From positions 1 to 52,302 of the forward strand of contig JARFQH010000101.1 of the NCBI GenBank assembly GCA_029287875.1: a stretch of DNA of 52,302 nucleotides. The letters are read 5' to 3'. The position numbers were made by a program, and so were the translations under genes. Below are positions 36,708 through 44,890 of this stretch, piece by piece. The notes beneath the pieces were generated by a model that had not been told where the DNA came from, did not search any database, and was given only the letters and a program-made list of their open reading frames with translations. The DNA is from Desulfobacteraceae bacterium (lineage in GTDB: Bacteria > Desulfobacterota > Desulfobacteria > Desulfobacterales > SG8-13). The first letter of the stretch is position 1, and every line of letters begins with the position of its first letter.

Positions 36708-38093
36708 ATGATATGTTCCGGTAGACACCAGCCTGAGATTGCTTCCCTACCCCTCATCGTGATGGTGATGTTGCTCCTCTGGCACTGTACGTTCCCATGT
36801 CAGCCATCCGCAGCCGGCAATGCCACCAGCCGCAAGAAAATCACCATCATGTGCTATATGAACGGAGACAACAATTTGACTCACGAAGTCCTGCATGCCG
36901 TCGATATGATGGAAACAGTGGGGTCATCGGCAGATCTCAACATCTTAGCGCTCGTGGACGGGGGGGTGGATGCAACGCAGATCTATGGAGAAGGTTGGGA
37001 TCGCACAAAGTTTCTCTACATTACTCAGGATGACCGGATTGGGGCCATCAATTCTCCGGTGTTGGCGGATATGGGCGAACAGGACCTCGGAAGCCCGCAG
37101 ACTCTCCACAACTTCATAAAGGCCTGTCTTAAATTTCCAGCAGAACGATATATTTTTTGCATGTTTTCACATGGCCGCGGCATCATCGATACCGACATCC
37201 TGCAGATGCCCGGCGAAGTCAAGTCGCTTTACATTTCTCCGGATGACACCAGCCGCACCGTGATGAGTCAGCCAGAGTTCCATGATGCCATCAAAACCGC
37301 TTTGAGCGGATCGGTATTCGATGTGATGATCTTTTTTTCCTGCCTGACCAATATGGTTGAGATCGGCTATTCCCTCCAGGATCTTACCCGATATATGATC
37401 GCCAGCGAAGATGAAATTCGAATTGTCAACGATCCGCCTGGAAAGTTTCAGATTCGCGGAATCAAATTCGAAGAGATTTTCAAGCAGCTGCAAGTCAACC
37501 CTAACCTGCCTGCCCCGGACCTGGGTAAAATTGCTGTGGACAGCTTTGTCGCGCAGTACAATGACCCCGTTGCTGTTCCCGGCGGAGCGAGCGGCAGTGT
37601 CCTCAAACGGTTCGCCGGTGGTCTTTCGGTAGTCGATTGCCGCCGCTATCCGCACTTGGCCGCTATACTGAATGAGCTGGCAGAGCATGTAACGGCACAA
37701 CTCAGAGAAACCGCTAACGGCGGGGCGGTCCTTTCCGCGATTCACAGCGCTTCGTCAGCTTCCCAGAGGTATGCAAGCTTTTTGAACCAGGAGTATTACG
37801 ATCTGAGAAATTTTCTGGAAAACCTGGCAAGGGAAACAACGGATGGAAAAATTAGAATGCTCAGCCAACGTGCCATCGAGGTAATTAAGGGCGAACTCAT
37901 CGTTTATGAACAACATACCGCGGATTGCAGTTCCAACGGAATTTCGATTTATTTGTCAGACGTTCACCTTCCGGAAAACGTATATCAAGCCCACCAGCAG
38001 TTATACCGGCGAAGTCGTTTCAGCAGGGAAACAGCGTGGGATGAAATGATCGAAAGTAGCCGCATGAGGCTAAAAAAGAGTCTGAAACGGTAA
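36708..38093 (+). CDS. Secreted clostripain-related cysteine peptidase (family C11)
   Basis: N-terminal hydrophobic signal; ITIMCYMNGDNNL; catalytic His context CMFSHGRG; catalytic Cys context MIFFSCLTNMVE. Confidence 0.75.
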   Translation: MICSGRHQPEIASLPLIVMVMLLLWHCTFPCQPSAAGNATSRKKITIMCYMNGDNNLTHEVLHAVDMMETVGSSADLNILALVDGGVDATQIYGEGWDRTKFLYITQDDRIGAINSPVLADMGEQDLGSPQTLHNFIKACLKFPAERYIFCMFSHGRGIIDTDILQMPGEVKSLYISPDDTSRTVMSQPEFHDAIKTALSGSVFDVMIFFSCLTNMVEIGYSLQDLTRYMIASEDEIRIVNDPPGKFQIRGIKFEEIFKQLQVNPNLPAPDLGKIAVDSFVAQYNDPVAVPGGASGSVLKRFAGGLSVVDCRRYPHLAAILNELAEHVTAQLRETANGGAVLSAIHSASSASQRYASFLNQEYYDLRNFLENLARETTDGKIRMLSQRAIEVIKGELIVYEQHTADCSSNGISIYLSDVHLPENVYQAHQQLYRRSRFSRETAWDEMIESSRMRLKKSLKR

Positions 38094-38164
38094 AGCCTCC
38101 GAAAAATATACTGTGGATTATTTTACGCGTTTTTTTCGGGTTCCAATCAGACTATATTCGAGCA

Positions 38165-38210
38165 CAACCAATGAAAAAGGACGACTAGATCCTTCCATTG
38201 GTTGTTTTAT
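38165..38210. terminator. Bidirectional intrinsic-terminator-like hairpin
   Basis: caaccaatg ... cattggttg (9 bp) with an inner aagga/tcctt stem, followed by TTTTAT. Lies between convergent genes. Confidence 0.6.
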
Positions 38211-38229
38211 GCTTTAGTGTAAAGCCGAA

Positions 38230-38721
38230 TTATTGCGGCATAATGACGGTATCAATCACATGAATCACGCCGTTTGAACAGACGATATCCGTCTTGACGA
38301 CTTTTGCGTTATCAACATATACGCCGCCATCCTTCTGGCTTATAGAAACACTCTGCCCGCCGGCGGTTTTGGCTGAGTTCATACCAACAACCTCGGCAGC
38401 CATGACCTTCCCAGGAACAACGTGGTAGAGAAGGATTGCCTGCAGTTTCTCTTTGTTCTCAGGTTTCAGCAAAGCTTCAACCGTACCGGGCGGCAGTTTG
38501 GCGAAAGCCTCGTCAGTCGGTGCAAACACGGTAAAAGGGCCTTCCCCTTTTAACGTGTCTGCAAGGTCGGCGGCTTGGACAGCCGCAACAAGGGTGTTGA
38601 AGTCACCGGCCGAAACCGCAGTATCAACGATGTCTGCCGATTTGCCATAGCTGCCGGCAAATGCCGTAGCGGCAGCAGAGAACATGAGTATAGAAAGTAT
38701 CATCAAAATCTTTCTTGCCAT
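38230..38721 (-). CDS. Fasciclin (FAS1) domain protein, secreted
   Basis: Signal peptide [22 protein letters not shown] after [24 protein letters not shown] and [13 protein letters not shown] are FAS1 hallmarks. Confidence 0.9.
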   Translation of the reverse strand: MARKILMILSILMFSAAATAFAGSYGKSADIVDTAVSAGDFNTLVAAVQAADLADTLKGEGPFTVFAPTDEAFAKLPPGTVEALLKPENKEKLQAILLYHVVPGKVMAAEVVGMNSAKTAGGQSVSISQKDGGVYVDNAKVVKTDIVCSNGVIHVIDTVIMPQ

Positions 38722-39126
38722 TGTGTAACTCCTTTCGAATGATATCTCCAATTCATCCTAATGACCATAATAAATGGATGATGATGGAATGTTGTGTGTA
38801 ACGTGCCGATTAATCAGGCACACGGTGCCGGCGACCAATTAGGGTTTGTGAGGCGGGCGCCGGAAGTTGGATAAGGCTGGATCCGGAAGTGTAGACCGTT
38901 AATTAGCTACTCCAGTAAATGATAACATTGATTTTTGTTTGCGCAAGGGGGGAGGCTCGAAATTTATAGGCAGCAAAAACACGGGTGGATTATAGTACAT
39001 TGATACCGTTAGGGTTTACGAAAAAATAAGTTCGCAATTTTGGGACTTGAAGTGCCCGGTCTCCAAGTCGCGAAAACGCAGGAATATCTGATGATTCCTT
39101 CAAGCTTTGCGAAAGGAAGAGGAATA

Positions 39127-39693
39127 ATGCATTGTCATTGCGCCAAACCCTTTTACGGCATTGGACTTTTTTCTTTTTGCCTAATTCTTTTACTTCTTGC
39201 GGGATGCGCAACGCTTAACAAGGAAGAATGCCTGAATGCTGACTGGTACAGCATTGGCTATGTCGATGGTGCACGTGGATATCCGGCTTCTAAGATCGGC
39301 GAACATCGTCAGGCGTGTGCGGAATATAGCGTGAAACCCGAGTTCGACCAGTATGATAAGGGGCGCATCGCGGGGCTCGTGGAATATTGCAACCCCCGCA
39401 ATGGCTATTGGCTGGGAACGAAAGGTACGCTGGACAGTGGTGTCTGTCCGAAAAATCTTAAAGGACCTTTCATTGCCGCCTATCAACACGGAAAAAATGT
39501 CTATGAAAATGGTACTCAAATACACTGTCGCTTGGATTCCAATGGTTTTTATCGCCATCGCAAACGGCATCTTGCGTCAATACGTTTACGGGAGACGGAT
39601 GAAAGAGCTGTCGGCTCATCAGGTGTCTTCGCTGACGGCGGCGGTTCTATTTTACTTTTATACATCAATTCTGGGCAAAATGTGGCCGCTTGA
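39127..39693 (+). CDS. DUF2799-like lipoprotein (3-prime end uncertain)
   Basis: Lipobox LLLLAGC. CLNADWYSIGYVDGARG and YCNPRNGYWLGTKG repeats typical of DUF2799. The last about 65 codons overlap the next ORF out of frame. Confidence 0.6.
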   Translation: MHCHCAKPFYGIGLFSFCLILLLLAGCATLNKEECLNADWYSIGYVDGARGYPASKIGEHRQACAEYSVKPEFDQYDKGRIAGLVEYCNPRNGYWLGTKGTLDSGVCPKNLKGPFIAAYQHGKNVYENGTQIHCRLDSNGFYRHRKRHLASIRLRETDERAVGSSGVFADGGGSILLLYINSGQNVAA

Positions 39694-39895
39694 ATCATCA
39701 CACCAGGCTTTGGCCGTTGGCATCATCTGGTTGTGCCTGACCGTTGCCTTTGAATTCCTCTTCGGTCATTACGTTGCAAATCACCCATGGAGCAGACTTA
39801 TCCAAGACTACAACCTTCTATCGGGTCGGCTTTGGGCGCTCGTGCTGTTGGCAGTGGCCGCTGCGCCGTACGTGGTTTATAAACTAAATTATTGA
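39497..39895 (+). CDS. Small 4-TM membrane protein of unknown function
   Basis: 132 aa with four clear hydrophobic segments. The start lies right after an A6 run. Overlaps the preceding ORF by 197 nt. Confidence 0.5.
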   Translation: MSMKMVLKYTVAWIPMVFIAIANGILRQYVYGRRMKELSAHQVSSLTAAVLFYFYTSILGKMWPLESSHQALAVGIIWLCLTVAFEFLFGHYVANHPWSRLIQDYNLLSGRLWALVLLAVAAAPYVVYKLNY

Positions 39896-39945
39896 GCAAC
39901 GACGGTTTACGTGGCGGTCGGTTTTTCAGTCGAAAAGCCTGCGTC

Positions 39946-41691
39946 TTAGCTCGGCACCGGCTTCTTTCCAACACCGGCAGGCGCTGTGATGCCAATCGCG
40001 TTCTTACCGCGTTTCTTAATGGCAAACATGGCTTTGTCGGCTAAGGCAAGCAGAGCCGTTCGATCGGCGGCATCATCGGGAAATGTTGCAATACCAAAAC
40101 TCGCACTGAGCTTCACCTTGAAGCCCTGGCTGGTGAGATAGACCGTTTTCCGCATCCGGGTCTGAATTTCCCGGGCCTTCTTGGCGGCCTGCTTTTTCGT
40201 AAATCCGGGCAGTGCGACGACGAATTCGTCGCCGCCGTATGCCACCCCGAAAGCCGGTTCGATCAATACGCTTTGAATGGTAGCGGCCACTTCCTGAAGC
40301 GTCCGACTGCCGTTAAGATGACCATAGGTGTCGACGACATGCTTGAAATTATCCATGTCTAAAAAAATCAAAGAGAACGGCATTCCGGAGGCTTCGCTCG
40401 CTGCAATCAGGTCCGCCAGGGCTTTATACATGTAACGGGTATTGAATAGCCCGGTCAGGTTGTCGAGGATCGACAATCGACGGAATTTTTCCTCACTCTT
40501 GCGAAGTTCTTCTTCAGCCAGCTTCTTGGCCGTGTTGTCGACGATGATCCCCTCAATGACAGTCTCCCCGTCATCGTCTTCAGTCAATCTCACATTGAAC
40601 AGCAACCAGACCGGGAGGCCGTCTTTGCGTTTGAGTTTAACTTCGTAGTTTTCCAGCCGACCCTCGCTTTGCAAAGCTACCAGCATTTTCTGCCGGTCTT
40701 CAGGATCAAAGTAGAAAGCGGATAAATCATGTTTCGCGGCCAGCAACTCTTCGAAGGAGTTGTACCCCAGAACACGGGCATACGAGGGATTGGCCCGCAG
40801 GAGTTTGCCGGAAAGCGTACTCTGGAACATCCCTTGAACGGCGTTTTCGTACATGCGCCGGTAGCGTTCTTCCGCAAGGCGCAGCCGTTTCTGTACGAGT
40901 TTCAATTCCGTCAGGTCCGACAGGAACGACACGTAACCGGTGATCACCCCATTTTCGTCACGCAGGGTGCTTCGGTTGTACAGAAGGGATATTTCACTGC
41001 CACCCTTCACCGCGAACTGCGCCTCGAAGCTGATGTGTTCCTGGTTTGCGAAATAAAACATGACCGATCTTTTATCGTAAAGCGTATACGGCTGTTTGCC
41101 AATGAGCTCTTCACGTTCACATCCCAGCATCTGCAAAAGGGACCTGTTCACATCGATGATCAAAAAATGCGGATCCATGAGGATGTAGCCGCCCGAGGTG
41201 GTATCGATGACGCGTCGGTACTTCTCCTCGCTGCGGCGGAGTTCTTGCTCTGCCTTTATTCTGCGGGTCATATCCGTTAGAAAAAAGAAGACCACCGGAT
41301 TGGTATCCGTTGAAAACAGCGCCGCCCTGAGCCTGACCCATTTGATGTTCTTCGAACGAGAAACGATTCTGAACGGTGGTGCCCGGAAGGTCTGTTCGCT
41401 TTCGAGCAACTTTTCGTATTGACGCATCATCGTATCCCTGTCGTCCGCATGGATAAATTCCGCAAACGGGCGCGCCGCCAAATCATGCTGCGTCCCTCCA
41501 AACAGTTCCTCCGCTCTGGGATTGGCAAATATGACCCTGTCGCCGCGAGCCACCAGTATCGCTTCGCCCGCAGTTTCGATTAGAGAGCGATACAACGAAA
41601 GCGCCTCATTTTCCTTCTGGCAGGCCGCCGCTTCGACCTCCAGGTTTTGATATTTTTCTTCGAGATCTTTACAATCTGTGTTTCGCGTCAT
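39946..41691 (-). CDS. PAS-domain diguanylate cyclase (GGDEF)
   Basis: N-terminal coiled coil, three PAS-like segments and a C-terminal GGDEF domain (RYMYKALADL ... GGDEFVVALPG). The ATG at 41691 follows AGGA; the ORF is open to 41775. Confidence 0.85.
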   Translation of the reverse strand: MTRNTDCKDLEEKYQNLEVEAAACQKENEALSLYRSLIETAGEAILVARGDRVIFANPRAEELFGGTQHDLAARPFAEFIHADDRDTMMRQYEKLLESEQTFRAPPFRIVSRSKNIKWVRLRAALFSTDTNPVVFFFLTDMTRRIKAEQELRRSEEKYRRVIDTTSGGYILMDPHFLIIDVNRSLLQMLGCEREELIGKQPYTLYDKRSVMFYFANQEHISFEAQFAVKGGSEISLLYNRSTLRDENGVITGYVSFLSDLTELKLVQKRLRLAEERYRRMYENAVQGMFQSTLSGKLLRANPSYARVLGYNSFEELLAAKHDLSAFYFDPEDRQKMLVALQSEGRLENYEVKLKRKDGLPVWLLFNVRLTEDDDGETVIEGIIVDNTAKKLAEEELRKSEEKFRRLSILDNLTGLFNTRYMYKALADLIAASEASGMPFSLIFLDMDNFKHVVDTYGHLNGSRTLQEVAATIQSVLIEPAFGVAYGGDEFVVALPGFTKKQAAKKAREIQTRMRKTVYLTSQGFKVKLSASFGIATFPDDAADRTALLALADKAMFAIKKRGKNAIGITAPAGVGKKPVPS

Positions 41692-41834
41692 TCTCTGTTT
41701 TCCTATTCCGACGGTAAGAACTTTTCCGGCGCTGGTTTTTTTTATTCGGGGCACAGCTACAATCCGTATTATCATTCAGAATCATCTTTTCAACAGGCCA
41801 AAAATTTTGCATATAAATATATCCTAAACTGATT

Positions 41835-42022
41835 GGTTCCAGGTTCAGGGTTCAATGGTTACAACCAATGGATACGGCATACCCTATTGATCAAGATCCG
41901 GAATACCCAACATACCCCATTGGGTGAAACGGTTTTTTAAACACCATGAAGCCAGAATTATTTAGAAATGAGCAGTTTATGGGCTTTTCAACTCAGAACC
42001 TTGAACCCTGAACCGCTGAACC
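41835..42022. repeat. Inverted heptamer-repeat arms (GGTTCNN x3) flanking about 145 bp of non-coding sequence; MITE-like
   Basis: ggttccaggttcagggttcaa (41835-41855) versus the reverse complement of ttgaaccctgaaccgctgaacc (42001-42022). The left arm and its 5-prime flank match 235-280. Confidence 0.75.
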
Positions 42023-42120
42023 TATTTACATATTAGGCTGCTGGCCGGCGATTCAAGCCCTCCTTTTATATTCTCATTAAAAAATAGTGGAGCCGCTGCG
42101 GTTGGAAACTCGGCGAATGG

Positions 42121-43371
42121 TCACTCCAGTACCTCCACCGACGGAATATTGAAGAGCCCTTTTAAGACTTCATCGAAATAGTCGGGGAGGTATCGGTGCC
42201 AAAGTTTGATCGGCGTCTCCTCCATTTCCATCCGGTTCGAGGCCGGCAGCATGAACAGGTACCCCATGAGATACTCGATGTTACAGGCCAGCTGGCCGGT
42301 GTATTGCTGCTCCAATCGCTGGCGGATGATCCGGTCTTCGTGCATGCAGCGGCCGATTTCGCTCTCCAACATCTCCTGGTAGCCGGAAAGAATGACCTCC
42401 AGATTGACGCTGTCTTCACCGGACAGGACGAACTGCCTGAAACGCCGGTTGGCGGCTTCAGGGTCGACACCACGCATCTGCATCACTTGTATGAGGCGCT
42501 CGCCCAGCGGTTTTGACGTCATGCGCTCCGGATCGGGTCTCAGCCGCACGATGAGGTTGACGGCATTGTAGCGGCCTGTGTGCGTCTCGGCTTCAATCAC
42601 TTCGCAGCTCTTCAGGGCGCTGATCAGATCCATGAACCGGCTGCGGTCGGCCTCTTCCACGATCACCTTGAGACCGGCAACGTCCTGGATAACCAGACTG
42701 TCGGCATCCTGAATCGGTCGACCCTGCCTGAGATCCTCCAACAGGCGGCTTTCCGCTTTTTGAAACTCGGCGATCATATCCTCGGGCGGTGTAATCAATT
42801 CCTCACGAGAAATACCCTGATGCCGGGCACGTTCCTCAGCAAGGGCTTCCGCCCGTCTTTTTATGGTCGAAAACATCCTGTCGATGATTCGCCGCGCACT
42901 TTTTTCGGCCAACCGCCGGACCCGCTTGATGCGGTTGGAACCGATGTAACAGCGGCCGGCCGGCCGGCCGCTGAAATAAAGTGTACCGTGAAAAGGGGTC
43001 TCACGGTAATAGAGTTCGGGTCTGCTGCGATAGCCATGCAGCATTTCGTCCACCCGCGCGGTTCGGTAGGGGACGTTGGTCACGATGACGTCTTTGAGAT
43101 CGCTTTTGAGCCGGGTCTTGCGGACCTGGAGCGCTTGGTGATGAAACCGTTGAAATATTTCCTCCGAGAAGGCCGTCAGGTAACGAGACACATACGCGTT
43201 GTTGAGGTACACCAATTGCACGAGCTCATCGCCGTCCGTGCGCCGGGAATCGCCGTACATCCAACGTTGGATCAAGTCCCGCAGGGAATCGCGGTGTATA
43301 TAGCTGCTAATGGTAATCATCTTTTGAGATACGAGTGGGAAAGGTTTGACGTTTCTATTTACGGTCTTCAC
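42121..43371 (-). CDS. Divergent RelA/SpoT-like (RSH synthetase-fold) nucleotidyltransferase, stand-alone
   Basis: Ordered motifs SNRIKRVRRLAEKSARR, QDVAGLKVIV, TGRYNAVNLIV and NLEVILSGYQEMLESEIGRCMHEDRI resemble Syn1-4 of small alarmone synthetases. No HD, TGS or ACT domains. Start is GTG 43371 or ATG 43320. Confidence 0.5.
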   Translation of the reverse strand: MKTVNRNVKPFPLVSQKMITISSYIHRDSLRDLIQRWMYGDSRRTDGDELVQLVYLNNAYVSRYLTAFSEEIFQRFHHQALQVRKTRLKSDLKDVIVTNVPYRTARVDEMLHGYRSRPELYYRETPFHGTLYFSGRPAGRCYIGSNRIKRVRRLAEKSARRIIDRMFSTIKRRAEALAEERARHQGISREELITPPEDMIAEFQKAESRLLEDLRQGRPIQDADSLVIQDVAGLKVIVEEADRSRFMDLISALKSCEVIEAETHTGRYNAVNLIVRLRPDPERMTSKPLGERLIQVMQMRGVDPEAANRRFRQFVLSGEDSVNLEVILSGYQEMLESEIGRCMHEDRIIRQRLEQQYTGQLACNIEYLMGYLFMLPASNRMEMEETPIKLWHRYLPDYFDEVLKGLFNIPSVEVLE

Positions 43372-44839
43372 CAGCCTGACGCGACCACTCGTAAAGCGCT
43401 ACGGCCGCAGCCGCTGCGGCATTCAAGGACTCGACCGCTGCGTGGATCGGGATGCAACGGGCAGTCCGGCGCCAAATCGCCGGCAATCCGGGCCCCTCGA
43501 GGCCGATCAGCAATCCGAAAGACGGCGGAAATACCGTGTTGCGAATGTCGGTACCCTCGACCGAAAGCGCTATGATCGGCAGATCGGCAGGTAATTCCTT
43601 TAAAAATGGGCCCTGTCTAAGCCGGATGGACATAACCGTTCCACCTGACGCCCGCAGTGACCTGGGGTGAAAAGGGTGGGCACTTTCAGCCAGCAGGATT
43701 ACCTGATGGGCGCCGAAGGCGGCTGCCGAGCGGATCACGGCCCCGACGTTTTCAGGGTCTTGAAAGGGAACCAGCAGGCTGCAGCCGTTGCCAAACCCGT
43801 CAACCGGCTGCCAGGAATCGATTGCCGGAACCCTTAACAGAAGGAGCGGTGCATGGGTTCCGAAAACATCAAGCGTCTCGAACAATCGCGGGGCCAGCTG
43901 AAACCAGCTGAACTGATCGGGTGCATCGTGCGGTGGCGGCTCCTGGTCTCCTGAACTGATCCAGGCATCGCACAACGCGGGAAAATTTTTGAGCGCTTCG
44001 GCGATCGGTTTGGAACCGGCAACCAAAGCCTGTCCGGACTTCTTTATTCCCCGACCGCTGAGCAGTTTTTTCATTTCTTTGAAGAGGGCGTTTTTATCGC
44101 TTTCGATTTTTTTTACCGTGTAACGCTCTACGGCTCTGGTGCGGCGAATATAGTGTGGCTGGTCCAGACGCTCCATGACCACGAGGCGACGATTATGTCT
44201 CGTGTGGGGAATGATGTAAGATCGATCCATAACCAGCTTGTAGACCGACAGCCACCGGCTCCTGACCTCTTCTAACTCCGCTTCGCAGTTCGGACCCTTC
44301 ATAAAGAACACCATGCCCCCGGATGCCAGGCATCCACGGACTCGCTCCAGGGTCTTGGCCATTGTTTCCACGGCCCGGGTAATGACACCGGCCACCGGTT
44401 CCTGAAAATCAGCACCGATTTTCTTTTCGATGATGCGCACGCCCTCCATCAGCAGACGATCGACAACCATGGTAAGGAAATTGGCCCGCTTGCGGCGACT
44501 TTCGGCCAGAAGGATCTCCAAATGCGGCTGATAGATCTTTAGGGGAATACCGGGCATACCCGGGCCGGTTCCCAAGTCGAGCAAGGGCGAGGGAAGTTGT
44601 ACGAGGTCGGCAGGCAGGATCGAATCGACATACAACTTGATGACCATGTTGTCGAAATTGTGCACCCGCGTCAGATTGAGCTCCGGGTTGCTCTGACGCA
44701 GCAGCCCGTGATAAGTCCACAGCTGTTGAACCTGCAGGGCCGACAAATGAATGCCGCATTTGTCGAACAATGCCCGCAACTTTTCCGGTCCGGGTGAGCC
44801 GGTACGGCCGGAAGAAATTTCTTTCTCGGTACGCTTCAT
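43355..44839 (-). CDS. rsmG: Fusion of RsmG (GidB, 16S rRNA m7G methyltransferase) and a SpoU/TrmH-family RNA 2-prime-O-methyltransferase
   Basis: N-terminal half: LWTYHGLLRQSNPELNLTRV ... LLDLGTGPGMPGIPLKI (GidB). C-terminal half: QDPENVGAVIRSAAAFG ... LIGLEGPGLP ... IPIHAAVESLNAAAAAAVALYE (SpoU motifs 1-3). Start at ATG 44839; the longer ORF would overlap the divergent rluA-like gene. Confidence 0.75.
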   Translation of the reverse strand: MKRTEKEISSGRTGSPGPEKLRALFDKCGIHLSALQVQQLWTYHGLLRQSNPELNLTRVHNFDNMVIKLYVDSILPADLVQLPSPLLDLGTGPGMPGIPLKIYQPHLEILLAESRRKRANFLTMVVDRLLMEGVRIIEKKIGADFQEPVAGVITRAVETMAKTLERVRGCLASGGMVFFMKGPNCEAELEEVRSRWLSVYKLVMDRSYIIPHTRHNRRLVVMERLDQPHYIRRTRAVERYTVKKIESDKNALFKEMKKLLSGRGIKKSGQALVAGSKPIAEALKNFPALCDAWISSGDQEPPPHDAPDQFSWFQLAPRLFETLDVFGTHAPLLLLRVPAIDSWQPVDGFGNGCSLLVPFQDPENVGAVIRSAAAFGAHQVILLAESAHPFHPRSLRASGGTVMSIRLRQGPFLKELPADLPIIALSVEGTDIRNTVFPPSFGLLIGLEGPGLPAIWRRTARCIPIHAAVESLNAAAAAAVALYEWSRQAGEDRK

Positions 44840-44890
44840 GACATCGCGTGCGGCCAAGGCAGGGTTGATTATTTCGTATAAGGAATTCCG

